Notes: a model not told the origin generated them from the sequence alone. A DNA stretch of 61,579 nucleotides from Candidatus Thorarchaeota archaeon (GCA_016839445.1 JAEOUG010000032.1:1-61579), one strand, 5' to 3'. Shown: positions 8,047 through 18,376, numbered from the stretch's first letter. A program made the numbers and translations.

Positions 8047-9798
8047 ATGGAAGAACAACTATGGCACAAGCATCGTTGGCCGGAGAAGGTACGCCACTCT
8101 TTGGAGTACCCTGACGAGCCACTGTTCGCCATCTTGGACAGGGCCGCGGACGACCACGGTGACATGCCGTACACCTCGTTCATGGGCGTGACACGCACCT
8201 ATGCTGAAGTGAGAGATGCTGCGGACCGGATTGCCAACTACCTGGCAAGTCTGGGAATCAAGAAGGGGGACAAGGTCGCCATCTTCATGCCGAATATGCC
8301 ACACTACCCGGCTGTCTTCTTTGGCGTCCTGAAGAGCGGAGCAACTGCGGTGACCTGCAATCCCCTGTACAAGGCGGGTGAGCTGAACTTCCAGCTCAAG
8401 GACTCAGGAGCTAAGGCAATCTTCGTCCTGGACCATCCCACCTTCACTCCCACGTGCTACGAGGGAGTAAAGGACACCGACGTTGAGAAAGTGATTGTCT
8501 GTGGCACAAAGGCATTCTTGCCCAAGGCGAAGGCCATGATTGGCGGGCTCCTGGGGAAGATCCCGAAGAGCCCATACTATGAGGAGGACAAGACGGTCTT
8601 CTATGACGACATCATGACCAACTATGAAGCCAAGCCACCTACGGTCTCAGTCAAGTCCAAGGAGGACGTCGCACTGATCCTGTATACTGGCGGGACAACC
8701 GGGGTGCCAAAAGGAGCGGCCCTACTTCATAGTAACCTGTACTCCAACGTCATGCAGATTTACGAGTACGTCTGGTTGGAGGAAGACGACCACCCTGACC
8801 ATGGGAAGATGCACTTCGGCAAGGAGGTTTTCGTCGGTGCCCTACCTTGGTACCACAGCTACGGCCTGACCCTGACGCTGCTCATGTCAACTTACCTGGC
8901 AGGGCAGCTTGTCTGTGTCCCTGACCCCCGAGCTGGAAAACCACCAATGACCGACCTGCTCAAGGAACTCCAGAACACGAAGGGAACCGTTCTGAACTGC
9001 GTTCCAGCCCTCTACGCGGGCATTGTGAACCATCCGAAAGTCAGAGACTTCGACCTCACCAATGTCAAGATCTGCAGCTCGGGAGCGGCGCCCCTCCCAC
9101 CTGAGCTCGCCAAGAACTTCGAGGCCGTCACCGGAGCCATTCTCTTCGAGGGCTACGGTCTCACAGAGACCTCACCTGTAACGCACATCAATCCAACAAA
9201 CAAGCGCGACCGCAAGTTCGGTTCGATTGGGTTGCCTGTTCCAGACACCTACTGCAAGATTGTAGACATTGAGACCGGCAAGAAAGAACTTCCCATCGGT
9301 GAGACCGGTGAGATTGCCATCTCAGGGCCGCAGGTTATGCAGGGCTACTGGAACAAGCCGAAGGAGAACGAGAAGGTCTTCCGCCAGATTGGCGGGAAGC
9401 GCTTCTTCTTGACTGGCGACATCGGTTTCATGGATGATGAGGGGTACACCATTATTAGCGACCGCAAGAAGGACATGGTGAATGTAGGCGGTTTGAAGGC
9501 ATATCCACGTGAGATTGAGGACATGCTCTTCGAACACCCCAAGGTCAAGCTCACGGCTGTAATCGGCATTCCGCGCGAGGATGATCCGAGCAACGAGTTC
9601 GTCAAGGCCTTTGTTGTCCTTAAGGACGGAGTGGAGGGCACACCAGAGGAGTTCATCGAGTGGGCACGAGACAAGATGGCAGGGTACAAGCGGCCCAAGG
9701 AGGTCGAGATTGTCGACGGCCTGCCAATGAGCGCCGTTGGAAAAGTGCTTAGAAGGGAGCTCAGAGAGGCCGAACTCAAGAAACGAGGAATGAAGTAG
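8047..9798 (+). CDS. fadD: Long-chain acyl-CoA ligase (AMP-binding family)
   Basis: YTGGTTGVPKG, EGYGLTE, TGDIG, DRKKD, GKVLRR. Start at ATG 8047 after GGAGAGGAG. Confidence 0.9.
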   Translation: MEEQLWHKHRWPEKVRHSLEYPDEPLFAILDRAADDHGDMPYTSFMGVTRTYAEVRDAADRIANYLASLGIKKGDKVAIFMPNMPHYPAVFFGVLKSGATAVTCNPLYKAGELNFQLKDSGAKAIFVLDHPTFTPTCYEGVKDTDVEKVIVCGTKAFLPKAKAMIGGLLGKIPKSPYYEEDKTVFYDDIMTNYEAKPPTVSVKSKEDVALILYTGGTTGVPKGAALLHSNLYSNVMQIYEYVWLEEDDHPDHGKMHFGKEVFVGALPWYHSYGLTLTLLMSTYLAGQLVCVPDPRAGKPPMTDLLKELQNTKGTVLNCVPALYAGIVNHPKVRDFDLTNVKICSSGAAPLPPELAKNFEAVTGAILFEGYGLTETSPVTHINPTNKRDRKFGSIGLPVPDTYCKIVDIETGKKELPIGETGEIAISGPQVMQGYWNKPKENEKVFRQIGGKRFFLTGDIGFMDDEGYTIISDRKKDMVNVGGLKAYPREIEDMLFEHPKVKLTAVIGIPREDDPSNEFVKAFVVLKDGVEGTPEEFIEWARDKMAGYKRPKEVEIVDGLPMSAVGKVLRRELREAELKKRGMK

Positions 9799-9806
9799 GA
9801 AGAACT

Positions 9807-9840
9807 GCGGGAGCTCATGCTCCCGCGTGCGTCTCTTTTT
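9807..9840 (+). terminator. GC-rich hairpin followed by T-tract between convergent genes
   Basis: GCGGGAGC-TCAT-GCTCCCGC then ...TCTCTTTTT, just after the ligase stop. Confidence 0.6.
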
Positions 9841-9869
9841 CGACTAGTTGTGTTCGCAGACTCAGAGTG

Positions 9870-10391
9870 CTACTTGGATCTCTCTCGACTGGCATGCTTC
9901 TTGCCAAGCTCTACGTATAGCTCTGCGCCGGTGAGGAAGGCAGCCTTCATATTCTCAGAGACCTCCTTCACAACCTTCGCGGGGGTGCCTAGGACAAGAC
10001 TGCCGTCAGGAATGACTGTCCCATTGGTGACAACAGAGCCCGCTCCAATAACGCAGTCATTGCCGACCTTGGCACCATCCAGCACGATTGAGCCCATGCC
10101 CACTACAGTGCGGTCCCCAATCTCACAGGCATGGATTACGCAATTGTGGCCTGCCGTTACGTAGTCGCCAATGATGGTTGGATTCGTGAACGTGGTGTGC
10201 ATGGTGGCGTTGTCCTGAATAGACGTCCCCTTGCCAACGCGGATGTAGTTCATGTCCGCTCGAAGCACTGCGAACTCCCAGACACTGGAGTCAGCGCCAA
10301 TCTCGATGTCACCGATAAGTGATGCACGAGGAGACACGTATGCATCAGGATCAATCCTGGGTTTCTTTCCATCAAACTCGTAGAGGCCCAC
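9870..10391 (-). CDS. Gamma-class carbonic anhydrase family (left-handed beta-helix) protein
   Basis: Hexapeptide repeats; LRAD, QDNATMH and GHNCVIH metal-ligand histidines. Confidence 0.9.
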   Translation of the reverse strand: MGLYEFDGKKPRIDPDAYVSPRASLIGDIEIGADSSVWEFAVLRADMNYIRVGKGTSIQDNATMHTTFTNPTIIGDYVTAGHNCVIHACEIGDRTVVGMGSIVLDGAKVGNDCVIGAGSVVTNGTVIPDGSLVLGTPAKVVKEVSENMKAAFLTGAELYVELGKKHASRERSK

Positions 10392-10478
10392 TTTTGCGCA
10401 CCTTGCACGTGCAGTACAATGTTACGTCTTTAAGACTATTGAAATACCAACAAACCCACTTCTGTTGTGGGGCTGTTC

Positions 10479-11075
10479 ATGCCTGTCACTCCGTTCCATT
10501 ACCCTTTTGCATTCGTTGTTTCGAAACTGGACAGGAGGCTGATTCTGCCGGGTGTCGTCGTAGGGGCAGTAATACCTGACATTGAGGTACCCCTCATGTG
10601 GGTCTTCTTCCCCAGTCTTCCAGACCATCTGCTACTGCATAGTCTGATTGGCGCGTCAACGGTTGGCCTACTCCTCGCGGTCTTCGTCACTCGTGTGTTC
10701 TACGCGCCGATAATCTCTCTCTTCTTCGGTGTGGACAAAGGAGATCTGGACGATGCCTGCAGAGTCACCCCAGCCCTGGTTGCCTCCTGTCTCATCGGAG
10801 TCTGGTCACATCTTCTGCTCGACTACCCCATGCACTGGTACAACCCGATCCTCTGGCCATGGGTGAACCCATTTGACGTGATGGGGCCACTAGTCCAGTT
10901 CTTCATTGTGTCTGGACTTGGTCTCGGAGATGCCTTCTGGATGGCACTCAACTTGACACAAGGAGCGATGATTGTGCTCTGGGCGGTCATCATCGCTTGG
11001 TATCTGAATCGCGGACTCTGGAGGAATCACTGGCTTGGTAGGCCAGCCGAGGCGCCATCTGGTCCTTTTGAGTGA
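10479..11075 (+). CDS. Membrane-bound metal-dependent hydrolase (DUF4184/YdjM-like)
   Basis: MPVTPFH, GAVIPD, HSLIG, SHLLLD..H, ILWPW; hydrophobic. Confidence 0.7.
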   Translation: MPVTPFHYPFAFVVSKLDRRLILPGVVVGAVIPDIEVPLMWVFFPSLPDHLLLHSLIGASTVGLLLAVFVTRVFYAPIISLFFGVDKGDLDDACRVTPALVASCLIGVWSHLLLDYPMHWYNPILWPWVNPFDVMGPLVQFFIVSGLGLGDAFWMALNLTQGAMIVLWAVIIAWYLNRGLWRNHWLGRPAEAPSGPFE

Positions 11076-11143
11076 TATCTTGTGCACCGAGCGCCTCATC
11101 CTCAGATTCTTATGGAACAGACCTGCCCAAGGTCTTGGTTGCG

Positions 11144-12400
11144 ATGACTGATTTCAAGGTAAAGGACATTGGATTGGCCGAAGAAGGCAGGATGTTGATT
11201 GACTATGCAGAGAAGCACATGCCTGTGCTCATGCATCTGAGAAAGAAGTATGCGAAGTCACAGCCCCTCAAGGGCATGAGGATTGCCGGCTGTCTGCATG
11301 TGACAAAAGAGACTGCAGTTCTTGTCGAAACTCTTCGAGCGGCGGGAGCAGATGTCGCGTGGTCAGGATGTAATCCACTCTCTACCAATGACAAGGTGGC
11401 CGCAGGCCTGGCAGCCAATGACGTGCCAGTGTTCGCCTGGCACAACCTCAGCAACGAGGAGTACTACTGGTGCATCGAGCAGACACTGAAGACAGAGCCA
11501 ACTCTGACACTTGACGACGGGGCAGATCTCATCTTCACCCTTCATAACAAGCACGAGGAACTCATACCCAATCTCCTCGGCGGTTCAGAGGAAACGACCA
11601 CGGGAGTCATCCGAGTAAGGGCCATGGCTGACGACGGGGCCCTCAAGTACCCCATCATGGCTGTGAACGATGCCGATACCAAGCATCTATTCGACAACGT
11701 ATATGGAACTGGACAGAGCGTCTTTGATGGACTACTTCGAGCATCGGCTATTCTCGTTGCTGGAAAGACCGTTGTGATTGGTGGCTATGGCTACTGCGGT
11801 CGAGGGATGGCGCTTCGTGCGAAAGGGCTCGGGGCAGATGTCATTGTCACTGAAGTGGATCCTGTGAGAGCGCTGCAGGCTAGAATGGATGGCTATCAGG
11901 TAATGACTATGAATGAGGCGGCTGCAAAGGGCGACGTGTTCCTCACGGCCACAGGTATGAAGGATGTGGTCACGGGAGAGCACATGAAGCTCATGAGGAA
12001 CGGTGCCATCATGGGCAATGCGGGACACTATAACGTGGAGATCAACGAGCCAGACCTTCTGACTCTCAGTAAGGGCAAGAAGCGTGTTCGACATGCGCTC
12101 GATGAATATGAGACAAAGGACGGCAGACACCTCTATCTCCTCGGCGAGGGGAGGCTTGTGAATCTGGCCGCGGCTGAAGGGCATCCAAGCGAGGTCATGG
12201 ACCTATCATTCTCTAGCCAGCTGAATGCTATGATCTGGCTGACCAAAAATGGTAAGGACCTCAAGCCCGCAGTCTACGAATTCCCGAAGGAACTTGACAA
12301 CGAAACGGCCTTGGCGAAATTGGAAACCATGGGCATCGCCATCGACGAGTGGACTGAGGAACAGAAGAGGTACGCGAAAGCGTATGCTGAGGGAACATAG
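11144..12400 (+). CDS. ahcY: S-adenosylhomocysteine hydrolase
   Basis: CLHVTKET, NPLST, DDGAD, EETTTG, KHLFDNVYGTGQS, GRLVNL..AEGHP. Start at ATG 11144. Confidence 0.97.
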   Translation: MTDFKVKDIGLAEEGRMLIDYAEKHMPVLMHLRKKYAKSQPLKGMRIAGCLHVTKETAVLVETLRAAGADVAWSGCNPLSTNDKVAAGLAANDVPVFAWHNLSNEEYYWCIEQTLKTEPTLTLDDGADLIFTLHNKHEELIPNLLGGSEETTTGVIRVRAMADDGALKYPIMAVNDADTKHLFDNVYGTGQSVFDGLLRASAILVAGKTVVIGGYGYCGRGMALRAKGLGADVIVTEVDPVRALQARMDGYQVMTMNEAAAKGDVFLTATGMKDVVTGEHMKLMRNGAIMGNAGHYNVEINEPDLLTLSKGKKRVRHALDEYETKDGRHLYLLGEGRLVNLAAAEGHPSEVMDLSFSSQLNAMIWLTKNGKDLKPAVYEFPKELDNETALAKLETMGIAIDEWTEEQKRYAKAYAEGT

Positions 12401-12444
12401 GCGCGACTGACGGGAAGTCCAGCAAAGCATCCGATTGCAGTGTC

Positions 12445-14931
12445 TCATACCAGCTCAAGTGCAAGGATGTAGGATACTTGACCACCATATCCGTAGCACG
12501 AAGACCAGATCTGGATTACACTCGGAAATCCGTTCGTGAGAGAGATCTCCGATTGCCAGCCGCCCCCACAGTCTATCATGTATGAGTAATAGCCAAAGGC
12601 GAAGTGACCTCCAATCTCGAAGGCGAAACTCGTGGTGGCCATATAGGGGCTGCCTTGGAAGTCGAAGACACGCCCGAGGGCATCCCAATCACCTAATGGC
12701 AGTATGGACGATGAAACGTAGGGCAGAAGTAGCTCGAGAAGGGACTCTACTTCGGAGGAGGAGATATCACTGGTTAGGTGCACCTTCTCTCGCTCCATGA
12801 GATTCCGAAGACCCGATTCGCTCGTGATAGCGCTGTCAAGCGGTCCAAGAGCCGCTATTTCCACACGTATCACTAATCCCTCAAGTACTGCATATCGAAA
12901 TACGTCGGGGACATAGTTGCCCGAGGAATATCCGCGGAAGCCGACTTCCATCTCAAAGGCGTCGCCAACCGAAACTCCCCAGGAGAAGTAAGGTTTGCTC
13001 ACTGCGGTGTAGTACTGGATGGACAACGGAGAAACGCAGAAGCTGCACACGACAAGAGCTGCAATGGCTCCGCGAATCATGTCCACTCCACTCAAGGGCA
13101 TGCCTCTCCGTCTCAAGACTAGGCCTCCTACTGCAACAAGAGAGAGACTTCCTGCCAGTGATCCAAGCAAGATCAGAAGAGAGGAGCCGAGGTATCCTTC
13201 CTGCAACCAGTTCATAGGACTATCCAGCCATGGGTCCACTCGGGCTCCATCATAGGTTCCAGCGGAGAACCCGACTCCGTACTCTGTCGAACTAATCTCA
13301 TAGAACTCAGATATCTCAAGATCAGTGAATGAGAAGGGTCCGGAGGTAGAACAGGACAGACCATTGTATCGAAGAGGATTCCAGGACATCACATCAGGAG
13401 TGCTCACGGCATCCAGAGGCACAATGGGCATCAAGCCTATGCCAAACAAGTTCCACAGAGAGCAAGAAGAGAACTCCACCACCAACGATCCACTGTCTGA
13501 GACCGTGACCTCGGCGAGTTCTCGGACCCACCGGAGCTCATTGGGCAAGTAGCTTTGCGCCTTGAGAGCATCAATAGTATATAGAATGTCGTCAGGTGTG
13601 ACTAGTCCGCCATCGCTCCATTCCATCTGCTTGAGGGAGAACGTGTATCTGGAGTGGCCTAGAGGGACATTCGGATTGTCGTCATGAGTGGCCGCTCCAG
13701 CTATCGTTGCCAGATTCTGAGTCAGTTGATACGATAGATCGTATTGAAGGAGCCGCGGGAACAGGAGACCAGAGAGAAAAGCGCCTATATCCGAGTCGGG
13801 CAGGAAGGGGTTAAGACTCTCAAGTGGGCGGTCAATGCCGATAGGGACCGTGCCGCCAGGATAGCCCTCCGCATTGTACATCTTCAGGAGCGTTCCCCGG
13901 TTGTGAACACGGCCGAACCGATCAAACACGTGACCAGTGTACCAATCGTTTCTCAGGACCTGCAACCCTCTGTTCTGGTATGCCACAAGAAGGGGGACGT
14001 TCTCCTGCAGGACTATCTGCATGTGCTTCGCAGTCTCATTGGCCGCTTCTATGCTCATCGAGGACAGGAGATTGTGGGCAAGCTCGTCGAAGGATGCATT
14101 GGAGAACCCTGTCAGGCTCAGAAGCGAGTCATGAGCATTCGAGCTGCTGAATTCATGAACAAGCCAGTCGATGCGGCTAGGCTCCACCGTTCGTTCTTCG
14201 ACAAGAATGTCAAAGCTCACTCCCGGGTCAGAATAGGTTGACTCCGCGGCATAGATGGGTGCCACAGAAGCCCGAATCTGGAGTGCATCTAGGGTCTCTA
14301 GCGCGAGTAGTGCGACCTGACTGAGTGATTCAACACCAGAGCCGTGTCGTATTGTGACGTTGAACTCAGAGCCATCGGGAGCTCGTCTGTAACCTGTAAC
14401 CGGGTTGATCCTGAAGCCATTCCTGTCTAGAATCAGAGCCGCTCGTGCCGAGTCTGCTGAATAGTAGTGGTGTGGTAACTCATCTTCTGCACACCAGGGA
14501 CTGCAGAAGGGAATGATGGAGTCGTGAGCCTTGGCAAAGCCGTCGCATACATCATTGACCGCCTTCTCTTTGTCGAATGCAGAGGCAAAGGCCTGGCGAA
14601 ATGAACTGAGATTCAATGGGTATCGCCGGCAGTTGAAGGCGATGACGCAGAAGCTGCTCTCGTAGGACAGAGATACGTCCAGATCAGGATCGCTCTCCAA
14701 GAGAGTCATGTGTTGAGGGGGAATATACCCTGCATGCATCTCGGCTTCGCCAGCTTGAAGCGCAAGTACGCGGATGTCTTCATCCTCAAGTACTTTGTAC
14801 ACCACTCTATCAATGCGAGGGATACCGAAGACATCGTATACGGACTCCTGTGCGGGAGCAGTGGACGGGGCATGGGCTAGGACAAGAAGAGCAATCAAAG
14901 ATACAGCGATTCCAGTGCCAATACGGCCCAT
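12445..14931 (-). CDS. Family-5 (peptide/nickel) solute-binding protein, circularly permuted, with TM hairpin and extra C-terminal domain
   Basis: Signal peptide. FNCRRYPLN..FRQAFASAFDK precedes GGTV..SLNP..YTFSLK..WSDG..TPDD..GPF. Two TM helices follow, then about 190 aa of unknown domain. Confidence 0.75.
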   Translation of the reverse strand: MGRIGTGIAVSLIALLVLAHAPSTAPAQESVYDVFGIPRIDRVVYKVLEDEDIRVLALQAGEAEMHAGYIPPQHMTLLESDPDLDVSLSYESSFCVIAFNCRRYPLNLSSFRQAFASAFDKEKAVNDVCDGFAKAHDSIIPFCSPWCAEDELPHHYYSADSARAALILDRNGFRINPVTGYRRAPDGSEFNVTIRHGSGVESLSQVALLALETLDALQIRASVAPIYAAESTYSDPGVSFDILVEERTVEPSRIDWLVHEFSSSNAHDSLLSLTGFSNASFDELAHNLLSSMSIEAANETAKHMQIVLQENVPLLVAYQNRGLQVLRNDWYTGHVFDRFGRVHNRGTLLKMYNAEGYPGGTVPIGIDRPLESLNPFLPDSDIGAFLSGLLFPRLLQYDLSYQLTQNLATIAGAATHDDNPNVPLGHSRYTFSLKQMEWSDGGLVTPDDILYTIDALKAQSYLPNELRWVRELAEVTVSDSGSLVVEFSSCSLWNLFGIGLMPIVPLDAVSTPDVMSWNPLRYNGLSCSTSGPFSFTDLEISEFYEISSTEYGVGFSAGTYDGARVDPWLDSPMNWLQEGYLGSSLLILLGSLAGSLSLVAVGGLVLRRRGMPLSGVDMIRGAIAALVVCSFCVSPLSIQYYTAVSKPYFSWGVSVGDAFEMEVGFRGYSSGNYVPDVFRYAVLEGLVIRVEIAALGPLDSAITSESGLRNLMEREKVHLTSDISSSEVESLLELLLPYVSSSILPLGDWDALGRVFDFQGSPYMATTSFAFEIGGHFAFGYYSYMIDCGGGWQSEISLTNGFPSVIQIWSSCYGYGGQVSYILALELV

Positions 14932-15149
14932 TGTCTCCCTCGTAGCTAAGAGAGGCGAGGTAGAATATCTGAGTTCTGGTGTCGCGCACTACACAAACCA
15001 AGGATTTTCACACCCAGCCGTGGATCTCGCAGGATTGATCAGAATGCACGCCTTTGTGCCGTAGGAGCCCTCAGTGAGGAGAGAGGCAGATGAACACAGA
15101 ACTAGTCCTCAGACTCATAGCTTCAGATGCTTGGGATGAACCTACAAAC

Positions 15150-15920
15150 CTACAAGAACTCTCGGTCAGGGTCTCTGAAGTGCTTACCACAGTTCTGGCA
15201 ACGGACCAATCCTGTTTCAGACATGTCATCGGGTTGATAGAGATAGATTGCGTTGCAGTGCAGGCATCTGAGCCGCTTTGTGGTCCTACGTACCTTGCGC
15301 AGCTCCCGGGGACTCACCTTGGGTCCTATCTTCTCTCGCGGCATCTTCTCGGCAGGAATACGGATAGGCTTCGCACAGTTCTGACACGGGACTTCGCCAG
15401 CTCGAGAGATACTATCCTTGCCGTACGAGTACACAGCTCCACAGCTTGGGCACTTTACGCGAGAAGTTCTAGCTGCGCTTTGTCGTCTAATTCGGACAAT
15501 CTCTGTCGCAGCGAGTTCTCGATGGATTGGCCCTCCGCAGTTCAGACATCGCAAGCTGTTTGGTGGGTTCATATGACCGCAATATAGGCACTGTATCAGA
15601 GCCAAATGGTCGTACGCTCTTCCTGATTCTCTAATCGCTTCACTACCTTTGACGCATACGCCTAGTAGGAAAAAGAGGACTGAGACTACTAAGATCAATG
15701 GAGAAACAGGGAACAATGGAAGTAGCACAAGTCCAAGTGCAATCATGAAGTTGCGAAATGCCTTAGCAGATTTCTCACCTGCCAGATCTACGCATTCCTC
15801 GGAGCAGTAGATGTGGCCATCCGACGTTTCAATCCAGTCAAGACTCTCACTGATACCGCAGAAGTCACACCTGAGGTCTGAGTAGGGCCCCAGAACGTAC
15901 CTATCGCGCTCTTGACTTAT
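15150..15920 (-). CDS. Membrane protein with N-terminal TRASH-like finger, TM hairpin and three Zn ribbons
   Basis: The ORF track starts at ATG 15746, but the frame stays open to 15920 and encodes CDFC...YCSEEC. Downstream: CLYC..CLNC and two CxxC..CQNC ribbons. Start uncertain. Confidence 0.7.
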   Translation of the reverse strand: MSQERDRYVLGPYSDLRCDFCGISESLDWIETSDGHIYCSEECVDLAGEKSAKAFRNFMIALGLVLLPLFPVSPLILVVSVLFFLLGVCVKGSEAIRESGRAYDHLALIQCLYCGHMNPPNSLRCLNCGGPIHRELAATEIVRIRRQSAARTSRVKCPSCGAVYSYGKDSISRAGEVPCQNCAKPIRIPAEKMPREKIGPKVSPRELRKVRRTTKRLRCLHCNAIYLYQPDDMSETGLVRCQNCGKHFRDPDREFL

Positions 15921-15975
15921 TCAAATCATCCTCATGACATCTAATGTCGGAGAGAATAAAGACCCTTGCAGGAGG

Positions 15976-17088
15976 CTACTCCTTGAGCAAGGGGTTGGGA
16001 GCAACCAAATCCGCATCGTCTGCGATTCCTATCTCTCCTAGAGGGTCATTTGGATAGACCGTCATTCTTGAGTTAAGAACCGTTACGTATCCGTCGTGTT
16101 CCGTCCGGATGTAGCCGTCTCCAAGAAACCTTCCGTAGATATCTGTGATACTTGCGATGGGCTGACCCTTAGTGACCTTGTCACCAGGATTCACTAAGAA
16201 CCTGATAATGCCTGAATGCTTCGCGCGGGGATGCTCGAATCTTCGAATGCGTCCCGAGTGCTTGGGAACCTTCCACTCTGTGATCTTCTCCTTCGGTGTA
16301 GTGAGCATACCCGCCCACCGTAGGACATTCCTCGTCCCCTTCACAGAGCCTGCGACAATGTCAGGGAGTATCACACTGTTTCCTCCGAGTTCAACGGTGA
16401 AGGCCGGAATCCTGAGATTGTTCAACACGGACCCTGAGAGCGACCTGTGATACTTGAGATTCATGTACTTCTTGGGAGGGAAGTCACTCATTGTCACAGC
16501 TCCAAATGCGTCCACCATCTCCTCCTGCCTCATGCTCAGCTCAGTGGCCACCTTCCTGTCCTCTTCATCATCGTAGAAGATTCTGTCCACGATTGCATAG
16601 GGAAGCGAACGGTAACTGTGATTGTGGAAGTCCAAATGGAAGTCACCGTACTTCTCAATGAAGGCGTAGATCTTTGCGGCAATCTGCTCGTACGGCTTGG
16701 GGTATTTGGAGTCTTCATCCTCCTCATCCTTCTTGGCAAACTTGCCCTCGGGAAATAGCCTATTGGGGTCTACCTCGCCATACTCGGAGGTCCTCTGGAA
16801 GAGTCGCAGGGCGGACGGGTTCACCGTTGGGATGGCAACAACCGTACCCTTGAGCTCCTTGGCCAGATCCTCCGTGACAACGTCATGGATGACAGCGACA
16901 CCTGTCAACTCATTGCCATGGACATTCGCGGTGAGGAAGAACGTCGGTCCGTCCTGTGTCCCTTGGGCAATCATGACAGGCAGCCTATCAACGGTGCCCG
17001 TTGGAAGGTCGATTCCATCGAAGTAGCCGTAGGTGAGCTTACCTGGAGAACTTCTAGCAGTGCCAATCTTGATTGACTTCAACAGCAT
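15976..17088 (-). CDS. Succinylglutamate desuccinylase/aspartoacylase family (M14) protein
   Basis: HGNE, DPNRLFP, LDFH, TVELGG, and a C-terminal biotinyl-like domain. Confidence 0.88.
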   Translation of the reverse strand: MLLKSIKIGTARSSPGKLTYGYFDGIDLPTGTVDRLPVMIAQGTQDGPTFFLTANVHGNELTGVAVIHDVVTEDLAKELKGTVVAIPTVNPSALRLFQRTSEYGEVDPNRLFPEGKFAKKDEEDEDSKYPKPYEQIAAKIYAFIEKYGDFHLDFHNHSYRSLPYAIVDRIFYDDEEDRKVATELSMRQEEMVDAFGAVTMSDFPPKKYMNLKYHRSLSGSVLNNLRIPAFTVELGGNSVILPDIVAGSVKGTRNVLRWAGMLTTPKEKITEWKVPKHSGRIRRFEHPRAKHSGIIRFLVNPGDKVTKGQPIASITDIYGRFLGDGYIRTEHDGYVTVLNSRMTVYPNDPLGEIGIADDADLVAPNPLLKE

Positions 17089-17165
17089 CACTCTATACGA
17101 CGGAGACAGAGCATCTCTTAGATGCATCGATAGATGACCAAGTCAGCAAGAGCTGTTCTTGGAAT

Positions 17166-17696
17166 CTACTTGGACAGCTTGAGCTTGAAGACCTTCTCGA
17201 ACTTGTCCAACTTGGGTCGAATCACGTAACGGCAGTACCCGTCGCTTGGGTTGCTCCGGTAGTAGTCCTGATGATAGTCCTCAGCGGGATAGAAGACTTC
17301 GAAGGGCACAATCTCAGTGACAATGGATCGCTTCCACTTGCCGGCCTTGTCAAGTTTGGCCTTCACTCGCTCGGCGATCTCACGTTGCTCGTCGCCGTGG
17401 TAGAGAATGATGGACCGGTACTGTGGGCCAACATCGTTGCCCTGTCGATTGGGCGTCGTAGGATCGTGGGTCTCAAAGAAGACCTCAAGAATCTCCTCAT
17501 AGGTAATGACGTGTGGATCGAATTCAATCTGCACGACCTCAGCGTGCCCGGTTCGTCCTGTAGTGACCTGTCTGTATGAGGGGTTCTCAACGTGTCCGCC
17601 CGAATAGCCTGAAATGACGGATTTCACTCCGTTCAATTCCTGAAAGACTGCCTCCGTGCACCAGAAACAGCCAGAGCCGAATGTTGCGGTTTCCAT
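17166..17696 (-). CDS. msrA: Peptide-methionine (S)-S-oxide reductase
   Basis: GCFWC, GHAE, HDPT..NRQGND.G.QYRS, AEDYHQ.Y. Confidence 0.97.
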   Translation of the reverse strand: METATFGSGCFWCTEAVFQELNGVKSVISGYSGGHVENPSYRQVTTGRTGHAEVVQIEFDPHVITYEEILEVFFETHDPTTPNRQGNDVGPQYRSIILYHGDEQREIAERVKAKLDKAGKWKRSIVTEIVPFEVFYPAEDYHQDYYRSNPSDGYCRYVIRPKLDKFEKVFKLKLSK

Positions 17697-17745
17697 AGCG
17701 ATAGGTTGTGTTTAACGCTAATCAATGAGTGGAAAGAGGAATCGG

Positions 17746-18159
17746 TCATGGATGACTTCTGGGCATGACCTCGGAGGCGGCTAGCCAGACACGGAGCTGG
17801 TCAACTCGCTCCCTGAACGTGAGCATGCTACTTGGATGGCCCAAAGTAAGAGAAGACGGCCCCACTCGCTTTCCTCGTGCTGTGTAGAAGCATGCCTCGA
17901 TGCAGTTCACTCCAGTCCTCTGGGCCCGTGTGCCTACGTCCATTAATACGTCTAGATCCGCCTCAGACTCAATATTGAGGAAGTATGCAGGCCTCAGGGG
18001 ATGAGATTTGTCGACGAACTTGACAATCCGAGCCTCAGGAGGGAATCCTTTGTTCACACAGCTGCTACATCGGTACTCTCCGGCCAACGAGAAAGAGTCA
18101 TAGACGTACTCGACATCCTTCTCTGATCCACAGGCGCCGCATCTCACCGTCATAACCAA
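17746..18159 (-). CDS. Hypothetical protein with N-terminal CxxC..CxxC finger
   Basis: CGAC...CSSC; fills the gap between msrA and the hyd promoter region. Confidence 0.5.
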   Translation of the reverse strand: MVMTVRCGACGSEKDVEYVYDSFSLAGEYRCSSCVNKGFPPEARIVKFVDKSHPLRPAYFLNIESEADLDVLMDVGTRAQRTGVNCIEACFYTARGKRVGPSSLTLGHPSSMLTFRERVDQLRVWLAASEVMPRSHP

Positions 18160-18376
18160 CCCTCTAACGCAGAATACAAATCTGCGGCTGTGGAAATCAC
18201 TGGCTTCAGAGAACTTAGGATGTTATGTTCTTCAGGTGATACACACTCAGAGCACATACTACTCAAACAGTCATTTGGTAAGTAGAATAACATGAGGTGC
18301 TAAGGAAAAAGCCTTAACCGGGGTGACTCGAAACCCTTCGACGTCCCAGAGAACGGCTGTCGGTACGGTGTCACAG

